The notes under the pieces: model-generated
Seen by the model: the letters and a program-made list of their open reading frames with translations, nothing else
Database searches by the model: none
What the model was told of the DNA's origin: nothing
Sequence record: NC_062582.1
Length of the DNA stretch: 64,000 nt
Direction: 5' to 3' (one strand)
Shown here: piece after piece, positions 1 to 8,267 of the stretch
How positions within the stretch are numbered: the first letter of the stretch is position 1
How the letters are laid out: each line of letters begins with the position of its first letter
Made by a program: the position numbers and the translations under genes

Positions 1-5
1 TATCG

Positions 6-455
6 ATGGGATGGAGAATACTGGTGAACCAAACTGCACTCAAGATTATCATTCCTTTATACAACGGTACTAAAGGACAGATTGATAAAAACTTTTTCTC
101 TTCTGATGGAACTTACGACAAACGTAAGGTTTATTGGATAACACCGTTACAGGTTTATGGACCAGGTGGTAACTCCTTATACAAGACTAAGATTGTACCT
201 ACCCGCGCTAAGTACGAAGGTAAGTTCACTCTGAAGGTCTGGGATAAATACCTGCAAGCTAAACCGTTATTGATTGCCGAGATAAACTTTGACGTAGATG
301 CAAACACATATGAAGTTATGGTTACTGAACGTTATATGTGTCTTCGCATGTCTGCACAGTTTAACTTAATGCGTGCTGCTAATGGACCCCATTACACACA
401 AGCCTTTAGAAACCAGACGCCGTATGGCCAGTGGGAGTTTGAAAACAACATATGA
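6..455 (+). CDS. hypothetical protein, probably the 3' part of a gene starting upstream of the window
   Basis: Frame is open from the window edge; stop overlaps the next ATG (ATGA). Confidence 0.7.
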   Translation: MGWRILVNQTALKIIIPLYNGTKGQIDKNFFSSDGTYDKRKVYWITPLQVYGPGGNSLYKTKIVPTRAKYEGKFTLKVWDKYLQAKPLLIAEINFDVDANTYEVMVTERYMCLRMSAQFNLMRAANGPHYTQAFRNQTPYGQWEFENNI

Positions 456-736
456 GTATTAGAGCCTCGCTTAAGAGACTTAGCAAGTATGCAAAGAAGC
501 GTCGTTACGCTGCATTGATCACTAACTTGGCCATTAACGGTCTACCTATTAAGGGTAAACGCATGTCTGAAAAACAAAAGAAAGGTGAGAAAATCACCGA
601 GCTTCAAGAGATGGTAGATAATCAAGCTATTCAACTAGCGGATGCTGCCAAGCTCCTGGGTACTTTGAAACGTGATGTCGAAGAACTTAAGAAAACAGTA
701 GCAGACCTGAAACAAGTTTGTAGCTTGGGTCAATAA
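452..736 (+). CDS. hypothetical coiled-coil protein
   Basis: Heptad-like C-terminal half (LKRDVEELKKTVADLKQ); the start may be a downstream ATG. Confidence 0.6.
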   Translation: MSIRASLKRLSKYAKKRRYAALITNLAINGLPIKGKRMSEKQKKGEKITELQEMVDNQAIQLADAAKLLGTLKRDVEELKKTVADLKQVCSLGQ

Positions 737-789
737 TTCTAGGGTGATCCGAAAGGGTCACCTTTATAACCTAAAAGAGGAAAAGTAAA

Positions 790-1635
790 ATGGCTATCGC
801 AATTATCCACAGTGACGCCCTCCAGACTTTTATCAAAGGGATTGGTTTCCCTTACGACCATCGCATGAACCTGGATAAAGGTGGTGTTGGTTTTGACGCG
901 TTTGATAAGTTCATCCGTGCAAATGTACAGTGGGTTCCTGAACTGAGTTTCGATAAAGAAAAACATGTCAAGGTTTGGGGTTCCGCTCGGGTGACTGGTC
1001 CTGTGCCACAACCAGAAGACTTCTACAGTCGCTCTGTGTTCACTGGTACCGAAGAGATCAACCAATTCAAGCCTTGGGCACAACAAGATGCTCATGAAGG
1101 TAATAGCCCTGCTCATGCAAACTTCATTGGTGCTACCTTTGCACTGTCTACGAAATACATTGCTGACTTTAAAGAGACAGCTGATGGTAAGGTAGATGTA
1201 TCTGAATACATTCGTGTACTGGTTTCCGAGGTGGCATCTGAATCCTATCTGGGTTATGGTATCCTGGTACCTGTAGAGAAACTCTGGGATATCCATTACA
1301 AGACCGACGGTAAAGATCGCTTCTGGGTCGAACGCTCAGAACACGGTGTCGATAACATCGAGCATTTCTATGTTCGTGAAGTTACCAACCAAGGTGAGAT
1401 CAATAACAACTTCAAACAAGACGAAGAAGGTGTATGGTCTGTTAAGGTTAAGGAGGGCGTACGGGTCACCGATAAAGAAGTACCTACAGCAGTTGACCTG
1501 ACTGGCTTTAGTGACACTAGTGATACTTACACGTCTATCTCGATTACAGATGAAGAAACAAAGGCAGCCTTACTACAAGTGGAAGTAAAATCTAGGTCTC
1601 TTGTTAATGAGATTAAATGTAATCTCGGCCTATAA
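790..1635 (+). CDS. hypothetical phage protein (281 aa)
   Basis: Long ORF with GAGGA Shine-Dalgarno and phage-like codon usage. Confidence 0.8.
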   Translation: MAIAIIHSDALQTFIKGIGFPYDHRMNLDKGGVGFDAFDKFIRANVQWVPELSFDKEKHVKVWGSARVTGPVPQPEDFYSRSVFTGTEEINQFKPWAQQDAHEGNSPAHANFIGATFALSTKYIADFKETADGKVDVSEYIRVLVSEVASESYLGYGILVPVEKLWDIHYKTDGKDRFWVERSEHGVDNIEHFYVREVTNQGEINNNFKQDEEGVWSVKVKEGVRVTDKEVPTAVDLTGFSDTSDTYTSISITDEETKAALLQVEVKSRSLVNEIKCNLGL

Positions 1636-1684
1636 CTTGTACCTACGGTGCATTATATTCTGACTTAAGCAACCAAGGTACAAC

Positions 1685-2056
1685 GTGATGCTAAATCTAA
1701 CACACGTACTACGCTCTCTGTTACTCATTATCCTTTTCGCATTACCAATGAGTACACAAGCGAGTGTCGGGGTTAAAGTCGATGAACTCTACTGTGATGG
1801 TCTTAGTCTTATGGCTAAGGCTACCAGTGAAGCTAATCAACGAAAAGAACCAGAAGCCGCATGGCGGAAGAATCTTGAAACCCTGAGAGGATACGGTGTG
1901 AAGGACAAAGATAACGTTCTTTACTACATTCTCCCCCAAGCTGTAACCCAAGTGAAACGTATCTATCAATCGAAGCAAGCTCCGAAAGATGTTTACATCG
2001 CCGAATACAATCGATGCATGAAAGAACAATACGGCCAAGTGGTGGCTGTTAACTGA
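1685..2056 (+). CDS. putative secreted/periplasmic protein
   Basis: Signal-peptide-like N-terminus (LLLIILFALPMSTQA) and two Cys; architecture like 12270..12620. Confidence 0.65.
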   Translation: MMLNLTHVLRSLLLIILFALPMSTQASVGVKVDELYCDGLSLMAKATSEANQRKEPEAAWRKNLETLRGYGVKDKDNVLYYILPQAVTQVKRIYQSKQAPKDVYIAEYNRCMKEQYGQVVAVN

Positions 2057-2069
2057 CCGAGTAATTGAT

Positions 2070-2423
2070 ATGGACCGACTGTTAGAGTTACAAGCTAATA
2101 CGACAGTAATTAGAAATGAATCCGATCGAATGGATTCTATTATCAAACTGAGTAAAGCCTTAAGTGTCGAGATTGATGCTAAGATTAATCTGGATGACAA
2201 GGAAGCAGTTGGTAAACTAATTGATGCTGCGTCGAACTGGGAACTCACTGTATTAGTCGGTACCCAAATCAATCACATCATCGAGTGTGAACCTAAATTC
2301 TGTAAGGATCTTCCAAAGGATCTGAAACATTATAAGGATCACTTTAAGGTTTACCAAGTTAAGCACTTTCAGAACTTCCGTGATGGGATTCGCGTCCCTA
2401 CAAAAGAACAGATGTTTCTGTAA
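2070..2423 (+). CDS. hypothetical protein
   Basis: ORF in operon order, followed by a terminator. Confidence 0.7.
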   Translation: MDRLLELQANTTVIRNESDRMDSIIKLSKALSVEIDAKINLDDKEAVGKLIDAASNWELTVLVGTQINHIIECEPKFCKDLPKDLKHYKDHFKVYQVKHFQNFRDGIRVPTKEQMFL

Positions 2424-2430
2424 TCATACT

Positions 2431-2457
2431 GCCTTCCTTCGGGAAGGCTTTATGCCG
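2431..2457 (+). terminator. intrinsic terminator of the GCCTTCC-TTCG-GGAAGGC-TTTATGCCG family
   Basis: Perfect 7-bp stem, UUCG loop, T-rich tail. Confidence 0.85.
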
Positions 2458-2506
2458 CTTTAATTTACTCACCTGAAAATAAGTATGTAACCAACAAGGA
2501 ATTAAA

Positions 2507-2881
2507 ATGGAACTTATAATCGATCTAACCGGTAAAGCAAAAGGTTATAAAGAAGCATTCACGGAACTTGTGACTTCTCCATTTGCTGCTGAAGGTAACC
2601 TGCGTTGTGAATTAGGTCCTATCCCTTATACAGGGTTGACTAAAGGGCAACTTAAAGCACGTTGTACGTATATTGACCATAAGCGTGTCTGTGCTAAGTT
2701 CACTAAGTTTGATATTGATGGCGATATCGTAAAGGTTGAAGTTACTCCATCCGGACCACTGAAAGCGCACCTTGAACAATTACTTACACAGGGTATTGAA
2801 TTCGAACCTGTAGCGCGTGCCGCGTTCAACCGTGATATGGAAATCATCCATATGTTTAATATTGACCTCAACCCAGTCTAA
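2507..2881 (+). CDS. prohead-protease-fold-like protein, apparently catalytically degenerate
   Basis: ELGPIP...IDHKRVCAKF...VTPSGPL...FEPVARA follows the GExGHP...I...V(C/S)H...P.GP.G...RS pattern of phage head proteases, but lacks His and Ser. Confidence 0.4.
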   Translation: MELIIDLTGKAKGYKEAFTELVTSPFAAEGNLRCELGPIPYTGLTKGQLKARCTYIDHKRVCAKFTKFDIDGDIVKVEVTPSGPLKAHLEQLLTQGIEFEPVARAAFNRDMEIIHMFNIDLNPV

Positions 2882-2889
2882 GGAGAACA

Positions 2890-3279
2890 ATGATGCAAAT
2901 CGTAGTTAACTTACTTATAAAACCTGAAGGCTATCGTGAATCACTTCGCGAATATATCGCATCCGAAGCATACAAGAAAAGTCCTTTTTTAGAATGGGAA
3001 AATCCAAAAATACCATCGGGTGTTGTAGCGGAAGAAGTCTTTAATCGTATCTTTCAGATAGACGCCAATAGAATCTGCGCAAAGATTATTCACATTGAAA
3101 TCGAAGATCTTGTTGCACGGTTTATAATTACACCACATGGACCATTGGCAAGTTTGATCGATCCCTTCAAGAAATATGCAGTTGCTACACGCATGTTAAA
3201 AGACGGTGCTATAGTTAAACAAATCCCTGGTTTTGATCTCATCCCAGTAGAAAACCATATCGAACATGTAGGAGAATAA
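2890..3279 (+). CDS. paralog of 2507..2881 (prohead-protease-fold-like)
   Basis: Shared motif ID.xR[VI]CAK[FI]...[VI]TP.GPL. Confidence 0.45.
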   Translation: MMQIVVNLLIKPEGYRESLREYIASEAYKKSPFLEWENPKIPSGVVAEEVFNRIFQIDANRICAKIIHIEIEDLVARFIITPHGPLASLIDPFKKYAVATRMLKDGAIVKQIPGFDLIPVENHIEHVGE

Positions 3280-3281
3280 CC

Positions 3282-4163
3282 ATGCTTTTTATCAATATCC
3301 TTAACCGCACTCCAACAGGAATTACGCACACTGGTTTCGACCTGGTACCTAGCACGACTTTTAAAGGTGGCGAACAAAACGTAAAGCTGTTTGATTATCA
3401 GGCAATCGCTATTGAGTCGGCAGATAAGATAACAATCAAAGCTCATCTTACTAATGCTAATACCGTAATGGACCTGCTGTTGTTGGTTGATGCCATTCGT
3501 CGTATTAATCCTTCTGTACGTATCGGTGCCTTTATTCCATACATGCCATATGCACGACAGGATCGTGTCTGCAATCCAGGTGAGGCTCTCTCAATTGCGG
3601 TTATGGCAAAAGTAATCAACAGCCTTAACTTTGACCGTGTCTTTCTGTTGGACCCCCACAGCGACTCCACTGTTGGTCTGATCGAACGTTCCATAGTTGA
3701 ATCTCCAGTACAGTTCATTAGACGTAGTGATACTTTCGTTGGTATGGATTTCTCTGAAGTTTATCTGGTTGCACCAGATGCCGGTGCACAGAAGCGAGTG
3801 AAAGCTCTGGCTACTGAACTTGGTGCAGCTGGTTACATCACAGCTACCAAAGAGCGTGATCTTGAAACTATGGAAATCACAGGTACTAAATTCGACGGCA
3901 ATGTAACTGGTAAGAAACTACTGGTTGTTGACGACATCTGTGATGGTGGCCGTACATTTGTTGCGTTGGCCAAAGCTCTACGGGAACAAGAACCAGAGGA
4001 ACTCCATCTCTGGGTTACTCACGGTATCTTCAGCTATGGTACTAAAGTAGTAACGGTTCATTACGACAGTGTTGCAACAACTAACTCGTTCCAACCAACT
4101 GCTGAAGGGCAGGTTGATCAGAACGGTGAACGCGATTACAAAATGACTTGGGTACAACTCTAA
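3282..4163 (+). CDS. prs: ribose-phosphate pyrophosphokinase family protein (likely ADPR-PP synthetase, Adps of NARP1)
   Basis: PYMPYARQDR, LDPHS, VAPDAGA and VVDDICDGGRTF motifs. Confidence 0.9.
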   Translation: MLFINILNRTPTGITHTGFDLVPSTTFKGGEQNVKLFDYQAIAIESADKITIKAHLTNANTVMDLLLLVDAIRRINPSVRIGAFIPYMPYARQDRVCNPGEALSIAVMAKVINSLNFDRVFLLDPHSDSTVGLIERSIVESPVQFIRRSDTFVGMDFSEVYLVAPDAGAQKRVKALATELGAAGYITATKERDLETMEITGTKFDGNVTGKKLLVVDDICDGGRTFVALAKALREQEPEELHLWVTHGIFSYGTKVVTVHYDSVATTNSFQPTAEGQVDQNGERDYKMTWVQL

Positions 4164-4396
4164 TGAGTCCAGAACAAACAATACAATCTGCTTTCGGTGT
4201 TGTTTTAGTAATCACGGTATTCTGTTTGGTACAGCAGATCCGGATGGGTAAGAAAAAGAAACAACATTACGATGATTTACCAGCATGGCACAGTTGTCAT
4301 AACTGGCAGCTGTTCTATCACATGGTGGGTATCCCATTTGCTGTGGCTACAGGCGTGCTGTTGGCTAAAGCTCAATCCATTTGGTTCGGTGCTTAA
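4163..4396 (+). CDS. small membrane protein
   Basis: Two hydrophobic segments; TAATG coupling to prs. Confidence 0.6.
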   Translation: MSPEQTIQSAFGVVLVITVFCLVQQIRMGKKKKQHYDDLPAWHSCHNWQLFYHMVGIPFAVATGVLLAKAQSIWFGA

Positions 4397-4843
4397 ATGA
4401 CAATACTCCATTTGTTGTGCGCTGTATTACTTGTATCCGTAACCCTAATGATTCTAAATATCAAAGGGTACATTAAACATAATCCGTTTGCTTGGGAACC
4501 TGGTCGTCAGGGTACAGGCTATGAAAAACTAGAACTGTTCAATCGGTGGAAGTATTTCGGCAAACGCAAATGGGATTTGTATCTGCTTCGCTATCGAGTG
4601 GGCGCAGGCATTCCTGAACACCGTGATCCTTTACCGGGTCACGAACATTACCGACTGAATATCTATTTGTGGAATGCAGATCGTGGAGGTGTTCCTGATC
4701 ACGCGTTTACAATTATCCACAATCGGTTCTTTACTTTGTTTCGCCCCGACCAAGCGCCACACAGCGTAAGTACTGTAACTAAAGGTACTCGTTATGTATT
4801 GAGCTTCGGTTATTCTAAACTCCTTAAGGAAGATTTTCAATGA
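4397..4843 (+). CDS. 2OG-Fe(II) oxygenase-like protein with N-terminal hydrophobic anchor
   Basis: HRD (HxD)...LNIYL...GG...PHSV...GTRYVL: facial triad plus 2OG-binding Arg. Confidence 0.75.
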   Translation: MTILHLLCAVLLVSVTLMILNIKGYIKHNPFAWEPGRQGTGYEKLELFNRWKYFGKRKWDLYLLRYRVGAGIPEHRDPLPGHEHYRLNIYLWNADRGGVPDHAFTIIHNRFFTLFRPDQAPHSVSTVTKGTRYVLSFGYSKLLKEDFQ

Positions 4844-5229
4844 AGAAAGTTATTGCTTTTGTATTGGCCGCAGCCCTATCGACTGGTGTTATGGCACAAT
4901 CGTTTCAAACCGTTGTTGAGGATGCAAACTGCGTCCAGATTGGACAGAATACCTCCATGACCGGCGCAGCTGTAGGTGGTGGCGTAGGAGCCGTGGGCGG
5001 TGCTTTGGTAGGTAGTTTGTTCGGTAAGAAAGGCAAGTGGCTTGGTGCAGCTGCTGGTGCCCTCGGTGGCGCAGCAATTGGCTCTAATGGCGACAAGGTT
5101 TACAACTGTACTATTCTTACCACAGTGGGTAACGAACGGATCATGGTCAGTAAACAAACCAACGCACCGGTTGAACGCGGTACAGCCGTAACTGTACTAA
5201 AACAAAACGGTCAATGGCAAGCTCTTTAA
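4840..5229 (+). CDS. glycine-zipper exported/membrane protein
   Basis: Signal peptide plus GAAVGGGVGAVGGALVG...GAAAGALGGAAIG. Confidence 0.75.
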   Translation: MKKVIAFVLAAALSTGVMAQSFQTVVEDANCVQIGQNTSMTGAAVGGGVGAVGGALVGSLFGKKGKWLGAAAGALGGAAIGSNGDKVYNCTILTTVGNERIMVSKQTNAPVERGTAVTVLKQNGQWQAL

Positions 5230-5255
5230 TTCTCTCTTAATAAAAGGAAACTAAT

Positions 5256-6986
5256 ATGTCTACTAACTTCCAGCTGTTCGCTCCAACTGTTGCTGACGGT
5301 TACAAAATGGGTCATGGTCCACTCTATCCACAAGGTACTGCCTTTGCCTATGGTAACGGTACTCCACGTGCCGATCGTCTGTTCCGTGGTTCTAAATCTG
5401 AATCTATGTTCTGGGACAGTAAAGTTGTATGGTTTGGCATTCAAGCAGTATTGCGTGAGATCCACGGTATCTGGGATAGCAGCTTCTTTAAGAAAGATAA
5501 AGGTACAGTGATCCGTCGTTACAAGCGTCGTATGGAAACCTACCTGGGTAAAGGTCTGGTTGATATCGAGGCAATGGAGCGACTCCATGATCTGGGTTAC
5601 TTGCCTGTAACCATTCTGTCGATTCCAGAAGGTTCTCGACTGAACATGAACGTTCCAGGTTATGTGATCTATAACACCATCCCTGAGTTCTATTGGGTGG
5701 TGAACTACCTCGAAACCGTAATGTCCTCGTTGATCTGGGCTATGGTCTGCAACACAACTATCGCTTATGAATATCGTCGAGTACTGGACCACTTCGCACA
5801 CCTGACTGGTTCTCCAATCGAAGGCGTTGACTTCCAAGGTCATGACTTTGCATTACGTGGTATCAACAACCCATTCGCAGCTGCATTCTCGAACGCTGGT
5901 CACTTGGTATTCTTTAAAGGTACTGATACCCTGCCTGCAATTGACTTCGTTGAAGACATGTACTTTGCCGATGCTGAGAAAGAGTTCATTGCTGCCTCCG
6001 TAGTTGCAACCGAACACGCTGTAGCGACCTCTAATATTCTTTACAAGCTGGCATTGAAACTAAAAGCCGCGGGTAAAACTGAAGCCGATTACACCGCCGA
6101 TGAATTGAACGTACTGAAGCTTGAAGCCGAACGTGAGTTCATTATTGAAGTAATCACTGAGAAAGTACCTACTGGTATTATCTCTTTGGTATCGGATAGC
6201 TTTGACTTCTGGGGTGTACTGACTAACGTATTGCCTACTATCAAGGAAGCGATCCTTGGTCGTAAACCAGATGCTAACGGTTTGGCTAAAGTTGTTATTC
6301 GTCCAGACTCTGGTGATCCTGTTGAAGTGATCTGCGGTCGTGAAATCCTGTCTATGGACGAATGGCGTCGTGGTATTAAAGGTAACCGCCCATTGGTACG
6401 TACCGAAGAGGGTGTAATCTGCGAGGTAGTACTTACTCGTGATGGTTATGACTTTACCCCGTACGAACTGAGTGCTGAAGAGAAAGGTGCTGTACAAGTA
6501 CTGTGGGAAACCTTTGGTGGTACTGTCAATGACAAAGGCTACAAAGTGTTGCATGAACGTATTGGTCTGATCTATGGTGATTCGATTACTGTAGACCGTA
6601 CTCAACAGATCATGCGTCGTCTGATGAAGAAAGGCTTCGCTTCTTGCAACTGGGTTCTGGGGATTGGTTCTTACACCTATCAACACAACACTCGTGATAC
6701 CTTTGGCTTTGCTGTTAAAGCAACTGCTATCCAGGTAGAAGATCTGTTTGTTGAATTGTTTAAGGCACCTAAGACCGAAGGTGAAACCAACAAGAAATCT
6801 GCTAAAGGTTTCCTGAAGGTTGTTAAAGATGAATTTGGTAATTTCCTGCTGGAACAAAACCAGACTTTCGGTATTGATGAAATCGATACTCATTCTGGTG
6901 AACTGCGTCCGATCTACAAAGATGGTAAGTTCTTGAATGAAGTTACCTTTGAACAAGTACGTGCTGTAGCTAACGCTAAGGTATAG
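5256..6986 (+). CDS. nadV: nicotinamide phosphoribosyltransferase family protein (NAMPT/NadV; likely Namat of NARP1)
   Basis: DGYKMGH, HDFALRG, ATEH, SLVSDSFD, VIRPDSGDP, LIYGDSIT and GIGSYTYQ motifs. Confidence 0.92.
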   Translation: MSTNFQLFAPTVADGYKMGHGPLYPQGTAFAYGNGTPRADRLFRGSKSESMFWDSKVVWFGIQAVLREIHGIWDSSFFKKDKGTVIRRYKRRMETYLGKGLVDIEAMERLHDLGYLPVTILSIPEGSRLNMNVPGYVIYNTIPEFYWVVNYLETVMSSLIWAMVCNTTIAYEYRRVLDHFAHLTGSPIEGVDFQGHDFALRGINNPFAAAFSNAGHLVFFKGTDTLPAIDFVEDMYFADAEKEFIAASVVATEHAVATSNILYKLALKLKAAGKTEADYTADELNVLKLEAEREFIIEVITEKVPTGIISLVSDSFDFWGVLTNVLPTIKEAILGRKPDANGLAKVVIRPDSGDPVEVICGREILSMDEWRRGIKGNRPLVRTEEGVICEVVLTRDGYDFTPYELSAEEKGAVQVLWETFGGTVNDKGYKVLHERIGLIYGDSITVDRTQQIMRRLMKKGFASCNWVLGIGSYTYQHNTRDTFGFAVKATAIQVEDLFVELFKAPKTEGETNKKSAKGFLKVVKDEFGNFLLEQNQTFGIDEIDTHSGELRPIYKDGKFLNEVTFEQVRAVANAKV

Positions 6987-6988
6987 AA

Positions 6989-7219
6989 ATGGAACCATCG
7001 GTTTTACTCGTTATATACACAATCCTGAGTGGTCTTATTGCAGTAGGTTCTGCTTGGCTGGATCACTGGCTGTGTCAACGCTGGCGTAAATGTCAGAAAC
7101 GGTACAGTGCTTCTAAGTTGGTTGGCCGCTTCATGCTAATCATCGTACTCATGGTGATCTTTGCCGTGTCTATCGCTTGCTGCATTAACTTTGCTGCGGC
7201 TTTGTACACGGTCTTGTAA
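6989..7219 (+). CDS. small membrane protein
   Basis: Two hydrophobic helices separated by a basic loop. Confidence 0.6.
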   Translation: MEPSVLLVIYTILSGLIAVGSAWLDHWLCQRWRKCQKRYSASKLVGRFMLIIVLMVIFAVSIACCINFAAALYTVL

Positions 7220-7228
7220 CGGTATAAG

Positions 7229-7270
7229 TGCCTCTCCTTCGGGAGAGGCATTTGTATACTTTATTTTTTT
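7229..7270 (+). terminator. intrinsic terminator
   Basis: TGCCTCTCC-TTCG-GGAGAGGCA followed by a T-rich tract. Confidence 0.85.
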
Positions 7271-7298
7271 GTTCGGTCAATACAATTTATTTGAAATC

Positions 7299-7306
7299 TA
7301 TATTAC
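7299..7306 (+). promoter_or_regulatory. phiKZ-type early promoter box TATATTAC
   Basis: Exact TATATTAC between a terminator and the sspB-like RBS. Confidence 0.55.
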
Positions 7307-7344
7307 GTATATGCTGTTAATCCAAACATAAAGAGGAAAATGTA

Positions 7345-8061
7345 ATGACTATTGAAAAAGATACTAACTTTAACCGTGTTATGCTGCAAGCTATTTTGAA
7401 CTGGTTTTCGGCTGCTGATTATCCACGTGCAAACTTCATGATCGATAACGAGATTGCAGATCTACCTAAAGCTTTTGCTGATACTGCCGATGAGAATGGT
7501 CAGGTTATCGTAAACCTTTCGTGGAAAGCAACCCGTAACATGACTTTCGATGACGATGGTGTTGAATTCGAATGCCGTTGCAATGGCACTGTATATGTTA
7601 TCTTTGTACCTTACATTTCCATCATTGGCTACATTACCAACTATGGTTTCTCAATGTGGTCGTACATGCCGACTGCAATTGAACCATCTGATGAAGATGT
7701 GGCTAACGAAAACATCGTTGAATCAGCTACTGGTGAATATGCACCTAAGATGATTCGACTAAGCCTAACCAAAGAAGAAGCTGATAAAACACGGAGCGAT
7801 ACTGTGAAACATTTGAAACTGATTCAGAATCATCGTACCCCTGTAGTGGATGAACCGGTTGATCCAAAGAACCCAAGCTATCCTTTCCCTGTAGATCGTT
7901 TCAAAGACTATAACGACAAACACAAAGAGCGCGAAGCTGTACAGAATCCTAATAAGGATGTTATCTTCACTGGTGACGCAGCAGGGATTGAGTTCCACTC
8001 TCGTAAGAAACAACCACGTGTTCGTCCTTCCTGGATGACTGTAATTGATGGAGGTAAGTAA
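7345..8061 (+). CDS. sspB: SspB-like ClpXP adaptor (stringent starvation protein B)
   Basis: AILNWF...GQVIVNLSWKATRNM...VEFECRCNG...VPY aligns with the SspB core; flexible tail ends RPSWMTVIDGGK, resembling the ClpX-binding tail. Confidence 0.75.
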   Translation: MTIEKDTNFNRVMLQAILNWFSAADYPRANFMIDNEIADLPKAFADTADENGQVIVNLSWKATRNMTFDDDGVEFECRCNGTVYVIFVPYISIIGYITNYGFSMWSYMPTAIEPSDEDVANENIVESATGEYAPKMIRLSLTKEEADKTRSDTVKHLKLIQNHRTPVVDEPVDPKNPSYPFPVDRFKDYNDKHKEREAVQNPNKDVIFTGDAAGIEFHSRKKQPRVRPSWMTVIDGGK

Positions 8062-8231
8062 TGGTAGATGCAATCTTCGGTGTGACGCTTACATTTATGG
8101 TATTAGTTTGGGTAGCCACGCCCTTCACTCTAAGTTCTAGTGACAGACGCGTAACTATTGGCTTTGCATGCGCTGGCCTTTTACTACTAGCCTTTAATGT
8201 TTTCTGGGCAATGCATTTTGGGAAATACTAA
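8061..8231 (+). CDS. small two-TM membrane protein (56 aa, not in ORF track)
   Basis: TAATG coupling, GGAGG SD; MVDAIFGVTLTFMVLVWVA...LLLLAFNVFWAMHFGKY. Confidence 0.55.
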   Translation: MVDAIFGVTLTFMVLVWVATPFTLSSSDRRVTIGFACAGLLLLAFNVFWAMHFGKY

Positions 8232-8267
8232 TGAATCGTAATAAGTCTAACATTTAAGGAATAGTCA

